Source of the DNA: Phoenicibacter congonensis
GTDB lineage: Bacteria; Actinomycetota; Coriobacteriia; Coriobacteriales; Eggerthellaceae
Length of the DNA stretch: 59,295 nucleotides
Assembly: GCA_030530045.1 (NCBI GenBank)
Contig: JAUMVS010000001.1
Coordinates: forward strand, 1-59,295
Direction of reading: 5' to 3'
Shown: one piece after another, positions 22,273-32,994 of the stretch
Numbering within the stretch: position 1 is the first letter of the stretch
Layout: each line of letters starts with the position of its first letter
Position numbers and translations under genes: made by a program
The notes under the pieces: model-generated
What the model was told of the DNA's origin: nothing
Databases searched by the model: none
Seen by the model: the letters and a program-made list of their open reading frames with translations, nothing else

Positions 22273-22868
22273 TCAACATCGCAGTTTTAGTTTCTGGTGG
22301 CGGCACTAACCTGCAGGCGCTAATCGACGCTTCTGCAGCTGGTAAAATTGAACATGGAGCAATTAAGCTTGTGCTTTCTTCCAACGATGCGGCCTACGCG
22401 CTGACGCGAGCTAAAAATGCAAACATTAAAACAGAAGTTCTAAAGCGTAAAGATTTCGAGAGCACTGGCGATTATGGCGATGCTCTCGTTTCGCTTTTAC
22501 GTGAAAACGAAATTGATGTGGTTGTGCTCGCTGGCTTTATGACAATTCTTGGAGAAAACGTCATTGATGCGTTTGAGAACAGAATCATTAACGTTCATCC
22601 GTCGTTAATTCCTTCTTTTTGCGGAAAGGGATATTACGGATTGCGAGTGCACGAAGAAGCACTCAGGCGCGGCGTAAAAATCACAGGCGCGACTGTGCAT
22701 TTTGTTAACAGCGAATGTGATGGTGGACCAATTATTGCTCAGAAGGCAGTCGAGGTTCTCGAGGGGGACACGCCTGAAGTTCTTCAAAAACGAGTGATGG
22801 AAAATGCGGAATGGATTTTGCTTCCACAGGCGGTTGCAAAAGTCTGCGAAGAGCTAGACGAAGTTTAG
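22269..22868 (+). CDS. purN: GAR formyltransferase
   Basis: [23 protein letters not shown] and GATVHFV..DGGPII motifs; GTGA overlap with purM. Confidence 0.97.
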   Translation: MINIAVLVSGGGTNLQALIDASAAGKIEHGAIKLVLSSNDAAYALTRAKNANIKTEVLKRKDFESTGDYGDALVSLLRENEIDVVVLAGFMTILGENVIDAFENRIINVHPSLIPSFCGKGYYGLRVHEEALRRGVKITGATVHFVNSECDGGPIIAQKAVEVLEGDTPEVLQKRVMENAEWILLPQAVAKVCEELDEV

Positions 22869-22881
22869 AAGGAGAAAAACC

Positions 22882-23631
22882 GTGACAGACATTCAGAGTT
22901 ATCTATCTAGCAAAACATACCCTGGTAGAGGTCTTGTTTTTTACAAAATTCACAATGAAAAACTTCTCGCTGCCTACTGGATTATGGGCAGAAGCGCAAA
23001 CAGCAGAAACAGAGTTTTTGAGCCAATCGATGATGGCGAGTTTAAGGGATTGGGCGTGAGAACAGTTGCGGCCGATGAGTCTAAATGCGCTGATCCACAC
23101 CTGATTATTTACAATGCCTCAATCGAGGTCAAAGACAAAAACGTTGTAATCATCACGAATGGTGACCAAACAAACACAATCTATGACGCTGTTGTTTCTA
23201 CAGATTGCCCAAGAAATGCTTTTCAAACTGCACTTTTCACTCGCACTTTCGAAGATGACGCACCAAGCTTCACTCCTCGAATTTCAATGATGATTAACAA
23301 CAAGACTGGGCAAGTTGCGCTTTCAGTTTTGAAATGTACAAACCCTAACACTGAAGGTTGCCAGCGCTCATTCTTTTTCTATGATGACGTTGTTCCTTGC
23401 ACTGGTCGCCTTGTTTCGACCTACGTTGACGATGGAAGCCCACTTCCTTCATTTGACACAGAGCCAATCGTGTTCTCTGGTGAGTTTGTTGGTCTTGACG
23501 ATTTCTCGCACGCAATTTGGAAAAACCTTAACAATGACAACAAGATTGGTCTTGTTTGCTGGGAGTTTAATTTGGCTGACGGCACCTACGAGACAAAAAT
23601 CGTGAACAAATATGAAAAGGTTGGTGAATAG
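22882..23631 (+). CDS. Stand-alone IMP cyclohydrolase-like protein (PurO-related family)
   Basis: YPGRG, YWIMGRSANSRNRVF, DPHLIIY, TNGDQT and FEDDAPSFTPRIS motifs; sits directly before a PurH that lacks its cyclohydrolase domain. Confidence 0.82.
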   Translation: MTDIQSYLSSKTYPGRGLVFYKIHNEKLLAAYWIMGRSANSRNRVFEPIDDGEFKGLGVRTVAADESKCADPHLIIYNASIEVKDKNVVIITNGDQTNTIYDAVVSTDCPRNAFQTALFTRTFEDDAPSFTPRISMMINNKTGQVALSVLKCTNPNTEGCQRSFFFYDDVVPCTGRLVSTYVDDGSPLPSFDTEPIVFSGEFVGLDDFSHAIWKNLNNDNKIGLVCWEFNLADGTYETKIVNKYEKVGE

Positions 23632-24813
23632 ATGAAAGAGTTCGAACTTAAGTATGGAACTAACCCTAACCAAAAGCCTGCACGAATTTACATGGAGGAT
23701 GGTTCTGAGCTGCCAATCGAGATTCTCAATGGTAAGCCTGGATACATCAACTTTCTAGACGCTTTTAATTCATGGCAACTAGTTCGCGACTTGAAAGCTG
23801 CAACTGGCATTCCTGCAGCTACAAGCTTTAAACACGTCTCTCCAGCAGGGGCAGCAATTGGTCTTCCGCTTGATGATACCTTGAAAAGAATGTATCACGT
23901 CGATGCAGACGCTGAGCTTTCTCCTTTGGCTTGTGCCTATTCTCGAGCTAGAGGCGCCGACAGGATGTCATCGTTTGGTGACTGGATTGCTCTTTCCGAT
24001 GTTTGCGATGTTCCAACAGCGAAACTCATCAAGCATGAAGTTTCTGATGGCGTAATTGCTCCTGGCTATGAGCCTGAAGCTTTAGAGATTTTGAAGTCTA
24101 AGAAAAAAGGTAACTACAACGTAGTGAAAATCGATGCCGCTTACGTCCCTTGCAAGCAGGAAAAACGCAGCGTTTTCGGCGTGACTTTTGAGCAGGGAAG
24201 ACAAGACCTCGACATTAACGTCGACTCAATGCTTTCAAATGTTGTTACCGAGAACAAAGAGATAACTGATGATCAAAAGCGTGACCTTTTAATTGCGCTC
24301 ATTACTTTGAAATACACTCAATCAAACTCAGTTTGCTATGTAAAAGACGGCCAAACAATTGGTGTTGGAGCAGGTCAGCAGTCAAGAATTCACTGCACTC
24401 GCTTGGCAGGAGACAAAGCCGATTATTGGCAGCTTCGCCACATGGATAAAGTCTTGAATTTGCCTTTCCGCGATGACATTGCAAAGCCAAACGTCGACAA
24501 CGCAATTGATGTTTACCTTGGTAGCCATCCAGAAGATGTTATAGGCGATGACGTTTGGGCTGAGACTTTTACCGAGCAACCACAACCTCTCACAAAGGAA
24601 GAGCGCGAAAGCTACCTTTCAAAATGCAGCGGCGTTTCACTTGCAAGTGATGCTTTCTTCCCATTTGGAGACAACATCGAGCGTGCTAACAGAAGCGGAG
24701 TTACCGCAATCGTTGAGCCTGGCGGTTCAATTCGTGACCAGCAGGTAATCGAGACTTGCAATCGCTTCAACATTGCAATGGCATTTTGTGGAATTCGTCT
24801 ATTCCATCATTAA
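23632..24813 (+). CDS. purH: AICAR transformylase (PurH C-terminal domain only, 393 aa)
   Basis: LKYGTNPNQ, KHVSPAG, KYTQSNSV, GAGQQSRIHC, SDAFFPF, PGGSIRD and RLFHH motifs; no N-terminal MGS-like IMPCH domain. Confidence 0.92.
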   Translation: MKEFELKYGTNPNQKPARIYMEDGSELPIEILNGKPGYINFLDAFNSWQLVRDLKAATGIPAATSFKHVSPAGAAIGLPLDDTLKRMYHVDADAELSPLACAYSRARGADRMSSFGDWIALSDVCDVPTAKLIKHEVSDGVIAPGYEPEALEILKSKKKGNYNVVKIDAAYVPCKQEKRSVFGVTFEQGRQDLDINVDSMLSNVVTENKEITDDQKRDLLIALITLKYTQSNSVCYVKDGQTIGVGAGQQSRIHCTRLAGDKADYWQLRHMDKVLNLPFRDDIAKPNVDNAIDVYLGSHPEDVIGDDVWAETFTEQPQPLTKEERESYLSKCSGVSLASDAFFPFGDNIERANRSGVTAIVEPGGSIRDQQVIETCNRFNIAMAFCGIRLFHH

Positions 24814-24837
24814 TAGTTCGACACACAGGAGACAACA

Positions 24838-26133
24838 ATGAAAATCTTAGTAGTTGGCGGTGGCGGAAGAGAGCATGCGATTATTCGTGCGCTCAAGAAA
24901 AGCGCAGGTGTTGATGAAATTTGGTGTGCGCCAGGCAACGGCGGCATTTCCTACGATGCAAAAATCAAGCCAATCGCTTCAACCAATGTTGAGGCTATGG
25001 TTGCCTTTGCAAAAGAAGAGGGAATTGACTACGCAATCGTCGCTCAAGATGACCCTCTGGCACTTGGCATGGTTGACGCCATGGCTGAAGTCGGAATTCC
25101 TGCTTTTGGACCTAACAAGGCCGCTGCAAGAATTGAAGCCAGCAAAGCTTTTTCTAAAGATTTGATGAAAAAATATGACATCCCGACTGCTCAGTTTGAG
25201 ACATTTTCCTCGGCAGATGACGCTACTGCATACATCAACAGCTATGAGAATTTTCCTGTAGTGCTCAAGGCTGATGGTTTGGCGCTTGGCAAGGGCGTTT
25301 TGATTTGCCAAACAAAAGAAGAGGCACTTGCAGGCATCCAAGAGATTATGGTCGACAAGCACTTTGGAGACGCGGGTAACAAACTCGTAGTTGAAGAGTT
25401 TTTAACAGGGCCTGAGGTTAGCGTTCTTTCTTTCTGCGATGGAAAAACATGCATCCCGATGATGTCTTCGCAAGATCACAAGCGAGCTCATGACAACGAC
25501 GAGGGTCTAAACACTGGTGGCATGGGTGTTGTCGCTCCAAACCCCTACTACACTCCAGAAATTGCTGCTGTTTGTGAAGAGACAATTTTCAAACCAACTC
25601 TTAAGGCTATGCAGCAAGAGGGTTGTCCATTTAAAGGCTGTCTTTACTTCGGTTTGATGATCACTGAAGCTGGCCCAAAAGTTATTGAATACAACGCTCG
25701 CTTCGGCGACCCTGAGGCACAAGTTGTTTTGCCTCTTCTTAATGGCGATTTTCTTGAGATTTGCCAGGCTTGCACTAATGGAAAACTTGATGAGGTTGAG
25801 TTTAGCTTCGATGACAAAGCTTCTGCAATTGTCATTTTGGCAAGTGGCGGTTACCCTGAGGCCTATGAAAAAGGCAAAGTTATTACCGGCCTTGTAAATG
25901 GTCAAATTGATGGTTGCAAACATGACAACGTTCATGTAATTCATGCAGGCACAAAGCTTGATGGCGACAAACTTGTCACTAATGGTGGGCGCGTTTTGGG
26001 TGTTGTTAGTGTTAACGACACGCTACAAAGTGCTCTTGATGATGCCTATAGTGAGATAGAAAATATAAAATTCGAAGGGGCATTTTGTAGACACGACATT
26101 GGCGCAAAAGCTCTTGCGTGTCTAAATTCCTAA
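24838..26133 (+). CDS. purD: Phosphoribosylamine-glycine ligase
   Basis: GGGGREHA, APGNGG, KADGLALGKGV, QDHKR, NTGGMG, EYNARFGDPE and GGRV motifs. Confidence 0.97.
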   Translation: MKILVVGGGGREHAIIRALKKSAGVDEIWCAPGNGGISYDAKIKPIASTNVEAMVAFAKEEGIDYAIVAQDDPLALGMVDAMAEVGIPAFGPNKAAARIEASKAFSKDLMKKYDIPTAQFETFSSADDATAYINSYENFPVVLKADGLALGKGVLICQTKEEALAGIQEIMVDKHFGDAGNKLVVEEFLTGPEVSVLSFCDGKTCIPMMSSQDHKRAHDNDEGLNTGGMGVVAPNPYYTPEIAAVCEETIFKPTLKAMQQEGCPFKGCLYFGLMITEAGPKVIEYNARFGDPEAQVVLPLLNGDFLEICQACTNGKLDEVEFSFDDKASAIVILASGGYPEAYEKGKVITGLVNGQIDGCKHDNVHVIHAGTKLDGDKLVTNGGRVLGVVSVNDTLQSALDDAYSEIENIKFEGAFCRHDIGAKALACLNS

Positions 26134-26164
26134 AAAAACTTAAAGAGAGGTATTTTTAACAAAA

Positions 26165-29100
26165 ATGATTGACCGAGTTTTAGTAAAAAAACGTGACGGT
26201 TTTAACGTCGAAGCTGGCAAAGTTTTCGCAGAACTGCGTGACTTTTTGGGGATTAAATCAGTTCAAGGCGTAGAAATTGTCAATCGCTATGACGTTGAGG
26301 GAATTTCTGCTGAAGCTCTAAACAAGAGCTTAAATGTAGTTTTTTCAGAGCCAGCAGTTGATGAAATTCTAGATGAGCTTCCAGCGGCTGATGTTGTAAT
26401 TGCAACTGAGCTTTTACCTGGACAGTTCGATATGCGCGCAAATTCTGCTAGCGAATGCGTTCAGCTTCTTTGCGGCTGTGCACGCCCAACAGTTAGATGC
26501 GCAAAAATCTACCTTCTTAAAGGCGAGCTTTCCCAAGATGAGATTGCTTCCGTAAAGCACTTGCTCATTAACCCGGTCGAAATGCAAGAAGCTTCTCTTG
26601 AGCTGCCTGAGTCTCTTCAAATGGAAGCTAAGGAAGTGCAGCCTGTAGCGTCAATTGATGGTTTCAATGAAATGACCGATGCTGAGCTGCAATCTCAAAT
26701 TGACACTCTTGGTCTTTCAATGGATCTTGACGACATCAAGTTCTGCCAAAAATATTTTGCAGAAGAGGGCAGAGTTCCAACAATCACTGAGATTAAGGTC
26801 ATTGACACCTATTGGTCAGACCACTGCAGACACACAACGTTTAACACTTGTCTTCAAGACATCCAAATTGATGATGAGGAAGTAAAGGCTGCATTTTCTC
26901 GTTACCTCGATTTAAGAAAAGAGTGCGGCAGGGAAGAAAAGCCTGTGACGCTCATGGATATTGGCACTATTGCTGGTCGCGTTTTGAAAAAACGTGGCAT
27001 TTTGACTAATCTTGACGAGAGCGATGAAATTAACGCTTGCACAATTAAAGCAAAGGTTGATGTTAATGGTGAGCTTCAAGATTGGCTCTATCTCTTCAAG
27101 AACGAGACTCACAATCACCCAACTGAAATCGAGCCTTTTGGTGGCGCTGCAACTTGTGTTGGCGGTGCGATTCGTGACCCATTGAGTGGCCGCTCATACG
27201 TTTATCAATCGATGCGCATCACTGGTGCTTCTAATCCAAATGCTCCAGTTGAAGAAACTCGCGAAGGCAAGCTTCCTCAGCGCAAAATTTGCAGAGGTGC
27301 TGCTGATGGTTTCTCTAGCTATGGCAACCAAATCGGCCTTGCTACAGGCATCGTAGATGAAATTTATCATCCAGGATACGAAGCTAAAAGAATGGAGATT
27401 GGTGCTGTTGTTGGTGCTGCTCCAGCCGATGCAGTCGTTCGCGAAACTCCAAAAGATGGTGACATCGCTGTCCTTCTTGGAGGAAGAACAGGTCGCGATG
27501 GCATCGGTGGCGCGACTGGCTCTTCTAAAGCACACAAGAAAACTTCCCTTGAAAACTGCGGAAGCGAAGTTCAAAAAGGTAACGCTCCAACCGAGCGCAA
27601 GCTTCAACGACTTTTTAGAAACAAAGAAGCATCTTCACTCATCATTCGCTGCAACGACTTTGGCGCTGGCGGCGTGAGTGTTGCAATTGGTGAGCTGGCA
27701 GAAGGCCTCGACATCAATCTCGATGCTGTACCTTGTAAATATCTCGGCCTTGACGGCACTGAAATTGCAATTTCAGAATCGCAAGAAAGAATGGCTTGCG
27801 TTATTCATCCAGAAAACGTTGAGCGTTTCTTGGAGTTTGCTGCAAAAGAAAACCTCGAAGCAACAATTGTTGCTCGTGTAACCGAGGCTCCTAGAATGGT
27901 GCAAACCTATCGTGGACAGCGCGTTGTGGATCTCTCTCGCGCTTTCTTGGACTCAAACGGGGCCCCAAAACACGCAAACGTTTTAGTTCCATGTTTTGAG
28001 GGCTGCGATTTTGAAGACAAATCGTTTGCAGAAAAGTTCGATGCAATGCTCGTCGACTTAAATTCTTGCTCTAAAGAAGGCCTTGTGTCAATGTTTGACT
28101 CCACAATCGGGGCAAGCACTGTCATGTCACCACTTGGCGGAAAACACAAGGTAACACCTTCTATTGCGATGGTTTCTAAGCTTCCAGTTCTTGGAGAGAC
28201 CTCCACGGTTTCTGGAATGGCTTGGGGCTATAACCCAAATCTGACAACATGTAATCAATATGCTGGCGCGTTTTTGGCAGTCGTCGACAGTGTGACAAAG
28301 CTGGTCTGTGCTGGCTTTTCTCGTCACGACACCCTGCTCACGCTTCAGGAATATTTCAAAAAGCTAGGAGACAATCCTTCTAACTGGGGCGAGCCTTTCG
28401 CTGCAGTTCTTGGTGCACTAGATGCTCAAATTGGTCTTGAAGTTGCAGCTATTGGTGGCAAAGATTCAATGAGTGGCACGTTTGATGACATTTCAGTTCC
28501 GCCAACGCTCGTTAGTTTTGCGACTGCCTTGAGTGATGCAAACATCATCATCAGCCCTGAATTTAAGGAAAACAATTCTTGCGTTTTGATTGTTGAGCCA
28601 AAGAAATCGGGAAGTGTTGTTGACATTGAGTCGCAAAAATCACTGCTCGACACCCTCAATGAGCTCATCGTTTCAGGCAAAGTTTTAAGTGCGTCAACGC
28701 CTGCCTATAACGGCACGATGGAGTCGCTTTTCAAGATGTGCCTTGGCAATAGAATTGGTTTGCATGTTAATTCTGACTTCACCTCAAAGCAGCTTTTCGA
28801 GCCAAATTATGGTGCTGTCATTCTTGAGGTTGAAAGCGATGATACAGAAGATGTGATTGAAGCTTTTGAAAACGTTGAATATGCAGGCGAAATCGCAACT
28901 ACAAACGATGACTTCACGATCATTTATGGCGATGAGTTTGTCGATTTGGACGATGCTCAAGCAAAGTGGGAGAGCGTTCTTGATGATGTTTATCCAAGAC
29001 AATCAGCGACGCTTGAGGCTGAGGAAGTAGACCTCATTTCTTCTGCCAAAAAGCCTGAAGCCACGAAGTGTTCGGTGCTGCTCGACAAAAAACCAAAAGT

Positions 29101-29890
29101 TATTATCCCTGTATTCCCAGGCACAAACTGTGAATTTGACACTGCGCGTGCTTTTGCTGCTGCGGGTGCCGACCCTGAGATTTTTGTTATTAAGAACTTA
29201 ACCCCAGAGCAGGTTTCTGAAAGTGTCGATTTACTCTCGCAAAAAATTGATGAGTCGCAAATGCTCATGATTCCTGGTGGTTTTTCTGGTGGAGACGAGC
29301 CAGACGGAAGCGCTAAATTTATCGCGTCCTTCTTTAGATCTGGCAAGATTTCCGAATCGATTACCAACTTGCTTGAAGTTCGCGATGGCCTTGTTCTTGG
29401 CATTTGCAATGGCTTCCAGGCATTGCTCAAGCTTGGCCTTTTGCCCTATGGCAAAATCGTTGATTTGAAAGATGATGACCCGACGCTGACCTATAACCTG
29501 GTTGGTCATCATGAGTCGGCGCTTGTTCAAACTCGTGTGTCTTCCGTTTTGTCGCCTTGGATGTCAAGACTTGAAGTCGGCGATGTTCACACAATTGCAA
29601 TTAGTCATGGCGAAGGTCGCTTTGTTTGCAATGACGAAACGCTTCAGCAGCTTGTTTTAAATGGACAGGTGTGCGCTCAGTATGTCGACCTTGACGGTCG
29701 CGCAACAACTGACACCGCAACAAATCCTAATGGTTCAGTTGCTAACATTGAATCTATTTGCTCAGCTAACGGGCGTGTTCTTGGTAAAATGGGTCATTCA
29801 GAACGTCGAGGAGATAATCTCTACGTTAATGTGCCTGGTAATAAATACCAAGAATTGTTTGAGGGCGGCGTAGATTATTTCTCAATTTAG
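26165..29890 (+). CDS. purL: FGAM synthase, large single-chain form with fused glutaminase domain
   Basis: YWSDHCRH, NETHNHPTEIEPFGGA, DFGAGG, SESQERM and GGKDSMSG motifs; GATase motifs FPGTNCE, GICNGFQ, SHGEGR and MGHSER. Confidence 0.96.
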   Translation: MIDRVLVKKRDGFNVEAGKVFAELRDFLGIKSVQGVEIVNRYDVEGISAEALNKSLNVVFSEPAVDEILDELPAADVVIATELLPGQFDMRANSASECVQLLCGCARPTVRCAKIYLLKGELSQDEIASVKHLLINPVEMQEASLELPESLQMEAKEVQPVASIDGFNEMTDAELQSQIDTLGLSMDLDDIKFCQKYFAEEGRVPTITEIKVIDTYWSDHCRHTTFNTCLQDIQIDDEEVKAAFSRYLDLRKECGREEKPVTLMDIGTIAGRVLKKRGILTNLDESDEINACTIKAKVDVNGELQDWLYLFKNETHNHPTEIEPFGGAATCVGGAIRDPLSGRSYVYQSMRITGASNPNAPVEETREGKLPQRKICRGAADGFSSYGNQIGLATGIVDEIYHPGYEAKRMEIGAVVGAAPADAVVRETPKDGDIAVLLGGRTGRDGIGGATGSSKAHKKTSLENCGSEVQKGNAPTERKLQRLFRNKEASSLIIRCNDFGAGGVSVAIGELAEGLDINLDAVPCKYLGLDGTEIAISESQERMACVIHPENVERFLEFAAKENLEATIVARVTEAPRMVQTYRGQRVVDLSRAFLDSNGAPKHANVLVPCFEGCDFEDKSFAEKFDAMLVDLNSCSKEGLVSMFDSTIGASTVMSPLGGKHKVTPSIAMVSKLPVLGETSTVSGMAWGYNPNLTTCNQYAGAFLAVVDSVTKLVCAGFSRHDTLLTLQEYFKKLGDNPSNWGEPFAAVLGALDAQIGLEVAAIGGKDSMSGTFDDISVPPTLVSFATALSDANIIISPEFKENNSCVLIVEPKKSGSVVDIESQKSLLDTLNELIVSGKVLSASTPAYNGTMESLFKMCLGNRIGLHVNSDFTSKQLFEPNYGAVILEVESDDTEDVIEAFENVEYAGEIATTNDDFTIIYGDEFVDLDDAQAKWESVLDDVYPRQSATLEAEEVDLISSAKKPEATKCSVLLDKKPKVIIPVFPGTNCEFDTARAFAAAGADPEIFVIKNLTPEQVSESVDLLSQKIDESQMLMIPGGFSGGDEPDGSAKFIASFFRSGKISESITNLLEVRDGLVLGICNGFQALLKLGLLPYGKIVDLKDDDPTLTYNLVGHHESALVQTRVSSVLSPWMSRLEVGDVHTIAISHGEGRFVCNDETLQQLVLNGQVCAQYVDLDGRATTDTATNPNGSVANIESICSANGRVLGKMGHSERRGDNLYVNVPGNKYQELFEGGVDYFSI

Positions 29891-29937
29891 TTTGGTGGAG
29901 CTCATCTTTTTTAAGTAAAAAAGCAAAGGATTTAAGA

Positions 29938-31377
29938 ATGCAAAATTCTCACGATAAATACATTTCTGCGTTTTCAACTCGCTATGCAAGCGACGAGATG
30001 CAGCACCTTTTCAGCGAGGAAAAGAAATTCAGAACTTGGAGAAGGCTTTGGATTGCGCTTGCTCGAGCTGAAAAGGATGCGGGCCTAAACATCACAGATG
30101 AGCAAATTGCCCAGCTAGAAGAGCACAAAGACGACATCAACTACGAGGTTGCGCAAGAGCGCGAGAAGCTAGTTCGCCATGATGTCATGAGCCATGTTTA
30201 TGCCTACGGCCAGCAATGTCCTGATGCTAAAGGAATTATTCACCTTGGAGCAACGAGTTGCTATGTTGGTGATAACTGCGACATTATTGTTATGAAAGAG
30301 GCTCTGCAGCTTGTTTTGAAAAAGCTTGTTTGTGTGATTTCGCAGCTGAGCGAGTTTGCAAAAGACTACAAAGACTTGCCTTGCCTTGCCTACACTCATC
30401 TTCAGCCAGCACAGCTCACTACTGTTGGCAAACGTGCAACGCTTTGGACCTATGAATTGTGCCTTGACTACAAAGCGCTTCTTCGTTGTGCCGATGACCT
30501 TTGCTTGCTTGGCGTAAAAGGCACCACTGGCACTCAAGCTAGCTTTGTTGAGCTATTTGAAGGCGATGTTGCAAAGATTAAGCAGGTAGAAGAGCAAGTC
30601 GCAAAAGAGCTTGGATTTGATTCTGTTGTTCCGGTCTCGGGTCAGACCTATTCTCGTAAGTTTGACTTCGAGATTCTCTCAGCTCTTTCTGGTGTTGCAC
30701 AATCTGCAAGCAAAATGTGCACCGACATTCGTCTTCTAGCTTCATTTAAAGAGATGGAAGAGCCATTTGAGAAAAACCAAATTGGATCTTCTGCAATGCC
30801 CTATAAACGCAACCCAATGCGCTGCGAGAGAGTTTGTTCGATTGCTCGCTATGTGATTGCCGACATTATCAACCCTTCGTTTACCTCAGCTACGCAGATG
30901 TTTGAGCGCACCCTTGACGACTCTGCAAATAAAAGAATTGCAATGTCAGAGGCATTTTTGGGCGTAGACTCAATTCTTAACATTCTCATCAATGTAACCG
31001 ATGGACTTGTTGTTTATCCAAAAGTTATCGAGTCACGTGTGATGGCGGAGCTTCCGTTCATGGCTAGCGAAAACATTATGATGAAGGCTGTGAAAAAGGG
31101 TGGCGATCGCCAAGAGCTCCACGAAATCATTCGCGAGCATGCTCAAGATGCAGCTAAAGTCGTAAAAGAGCAAGGTCAGCCAAATGATTTGATTTCTCGC
31201 ATTGAGAAAGATGACCGCTTTGGCCTAACAATTGAAGAAATTGAAGAGTGCGTTAACCCTAGCGACTTTATTGGGCTTTGTCCTTTGCAGGTAGAAGAGT
31301 TCTGCGAAAATGTCGTTGCCCCAATTCTTGCTGACAATGCCGATTCGCTACACATCGAAAGCGAACTCCACGTTTAG
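29938..31377 (+). CDS. purB: Adenylosuccinate lyase
   Basis: RHDVMSH, HLGATSC, THLQPAQ and signature GSSAMPYKRNP. Confidence 0.96.
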   Translation: MQNSHDKYISAFSTRYASDEMQHLFSEEKKFRTWRRLWIALARAEKDAGLNITDEQIAQLEEHKDDINYEVAQEREKLVRHDVMSHVYAYGQQCPDAKGIIHLGATSCYVGDNCDIIVMKEALQLVLKKLVCVISQLSEFAKDYKDLPCLAYTHLQPAQLTTVGKRATLWTYELCLDYKALLRCADDLCLLGVKGTTGTQASFVELFEGDVAKIKQVEEQVAKELGFDSVVPVSGQTYSRKFDFEILSALSGVAQSASKMCTDIRLLASFKEMEEPFEKNQIGSSAMPYKRNPMRCERVCSIARYVIADIINPSFTSATQMFERTLDDSANKRIAMSEAFLGVDSILNILINVTDGLVVYPKVIESRVMAELPFMASENIMMKAVKKGGDRQELHEIIREHAQDAAKVVKEQGQPNDLISRIEKDDRFGLTIEEIEECVNPSDFIGLCPLQVEEFCENVVAPILADNADSLHIESELHV

Positions 31378-31415
31378 TTTTTAGTCGTTTCAAAGGCAGA
31401 AAAGAAGTAGATATC

Positions 31416-32813
31416 TTGACTGAAGAAAAAGAAACATTGACCTTTGACGAAGTGACTGAGCAGGTCATTCAAGAGATTTCTAGCAAACATTACATGTCGG
31501 CTAGGAATCTTCTTTTGGCGTGCAATGAGGCCGACATCGCCGAAATTTTAGAAGAAGTTGCCGACACTCTTGGCATCGAGAAGACTGTTGCGATTTTTCG
31601 AATGCTTCCAAAGGATGTTTCTGTCGAGGCTTTCTCTTTTTTGGACACCGATGAGCAAACTGCAATTATTCAGGCTATTAACGACCGGGAAATCTCGTTT
31701 ATTCTAGATGAGCTTGACTTTGACGACAAAATTGACGTGCTAGAAGAACTTCCTGCCAACATCGTTGACAAGATTTTGATGGAGACGCCAAAAGAAGAGC
31801 GTCATCTCATTAACACTTTTCTGAATTACCCTGATGACTGCGCCGGCACGCTGATGACGCCTGAATATGTCTCTTTGCAAAAGGAGATGACTGTCAAGCA
31901 GGCACTTTCTCAAATTCGAAAAGTCGGCATTGACTCAGAGACGATTTACACTTGCTACGTTAAGAGCGAAGGGCGAAAGCTAATTGGCATCATTTCGCTT
32001 CGCTCACTCGTGCTTGCCGATGACGACGCAATCATTGAAGACTTGATGAACACCGATGTTGTCTCAGTTAACGTCTATGATGACCAGGAAGACGTAGCTG
32101 AAGTCTTTAAAAAGTATGGCTACCTCGCAATTCCTGTTGTCGATAGCGAGCACAGAATTGTTGGAATCATTACGTTTGACGACATCCTGGATGTTATCGA
32201 AGATGAGGCTACAGAGGACATCGAGAGAATGGCTGGCGTTATGTCGGGCGACGACGCTGGTGATGAATATCTAGACATTCCTGTAATTAATCACGTCAAG
32301 AACCGCCTGCCTTGGCTCATTTTCTTGACGGTGAGTGCAATGATTACAGGCTCAATCATCTCGGCATTCCAAGAAGTTCTCTCACAGGTGATTATTCTTG
32401 TTAGCTACTTGCCTCTTCTCATGGGAAGCGGCGGAAATTCTGGCTCTCAGGCTGCAACGCTTGTTATTCGTGGTTTGGCTGTTGGCGACATCTCTACGAA
32501 GGATTATGCGAAGGTTCTTTGGAAAGAAGCAAGAATCAGTTTGATTGTCGGTGTGATTTTGAGTCTCTTTAACATGCTAAAGGTAGTGCTAATCGACCAG
32601 CAACCGTTCATGATTGGTCTCACTGTTGGAGCCTCTCAAATCATCATTGTTTTCTGCGCAAAGATTTTGGGTGGCCTTTTGCCAATTGCCGCTAAGAAGG
32701 TTGGCGTTGACCCAGCGCTCATGGCGAGCCCGATGATTTCATCGATTTCCGACATGATTTCAGTTGTTACCTACATGCTCATGGCTTGCATGTTCCTAAA
32801 CATCACTATCTAG
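31416..32813 (+). CDS. mgtE: Magnesium transporter MgtE
   Basis: N-domain, tandem CBS domains (YPDDCAGTLMT, GIITFDDILD), RLPWL, GGNSGSQ and DPALMASP...D motifs. Confidence 0.95.
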   Translation: MTEEKETLTFDEVTEQVIQEISSKHYMSARNLLLACNEADIAEILEEVADTLGIEKTVAIFRMLPKDVSVEAFSFLDTDEQTAIIQAINDREISFILDELDFDDKIDVLEELPANIVDKILMETPKEERHLINTFLNYPDDCAGTLMTPEYVSLQKEMTVKQALSQIRKVGIDSETIYTCYVKSEGRKLIGIISLRSLVLADDDAIIEDLMNTDVVSVNVYDDQEDVAEVFKKYGYLAIPVVDSEHRIVGIITFDDILDVIEDEATEDIERMAGVMSGDDAGDEYLDIPVINHVKNRLPWLIFLTVSAMITGSIISAFQEVLSQVIILVSYLPLLMGSGGNSGSQAATLVIRGLAVGDISTKDYAKVLWKEARISLIVGVILSLFNMLKVVLIDQQPFMIGLTVGASQIIIVFCAKILGGLLPIAAKKVGVDPALMASPMISSISDMISVVTYMLMACMFLNITI

Positions 32814-32994
32814 CTGCGGTTTTTTAAATTAATCATCAATTTTTCTTTACTTTGACGTTGTTAGACGCTCGGGTGCTGCGTTGTCCTTCGCGTTAATCGT
32901 TTCGGTTAAGTTTACATGCGCAGAATAGCTAATTTCACCTGGTGTGCTAGCATAAATCACTAGGGATTTTAAATTTTTCAGAAGAGGGCATCAG

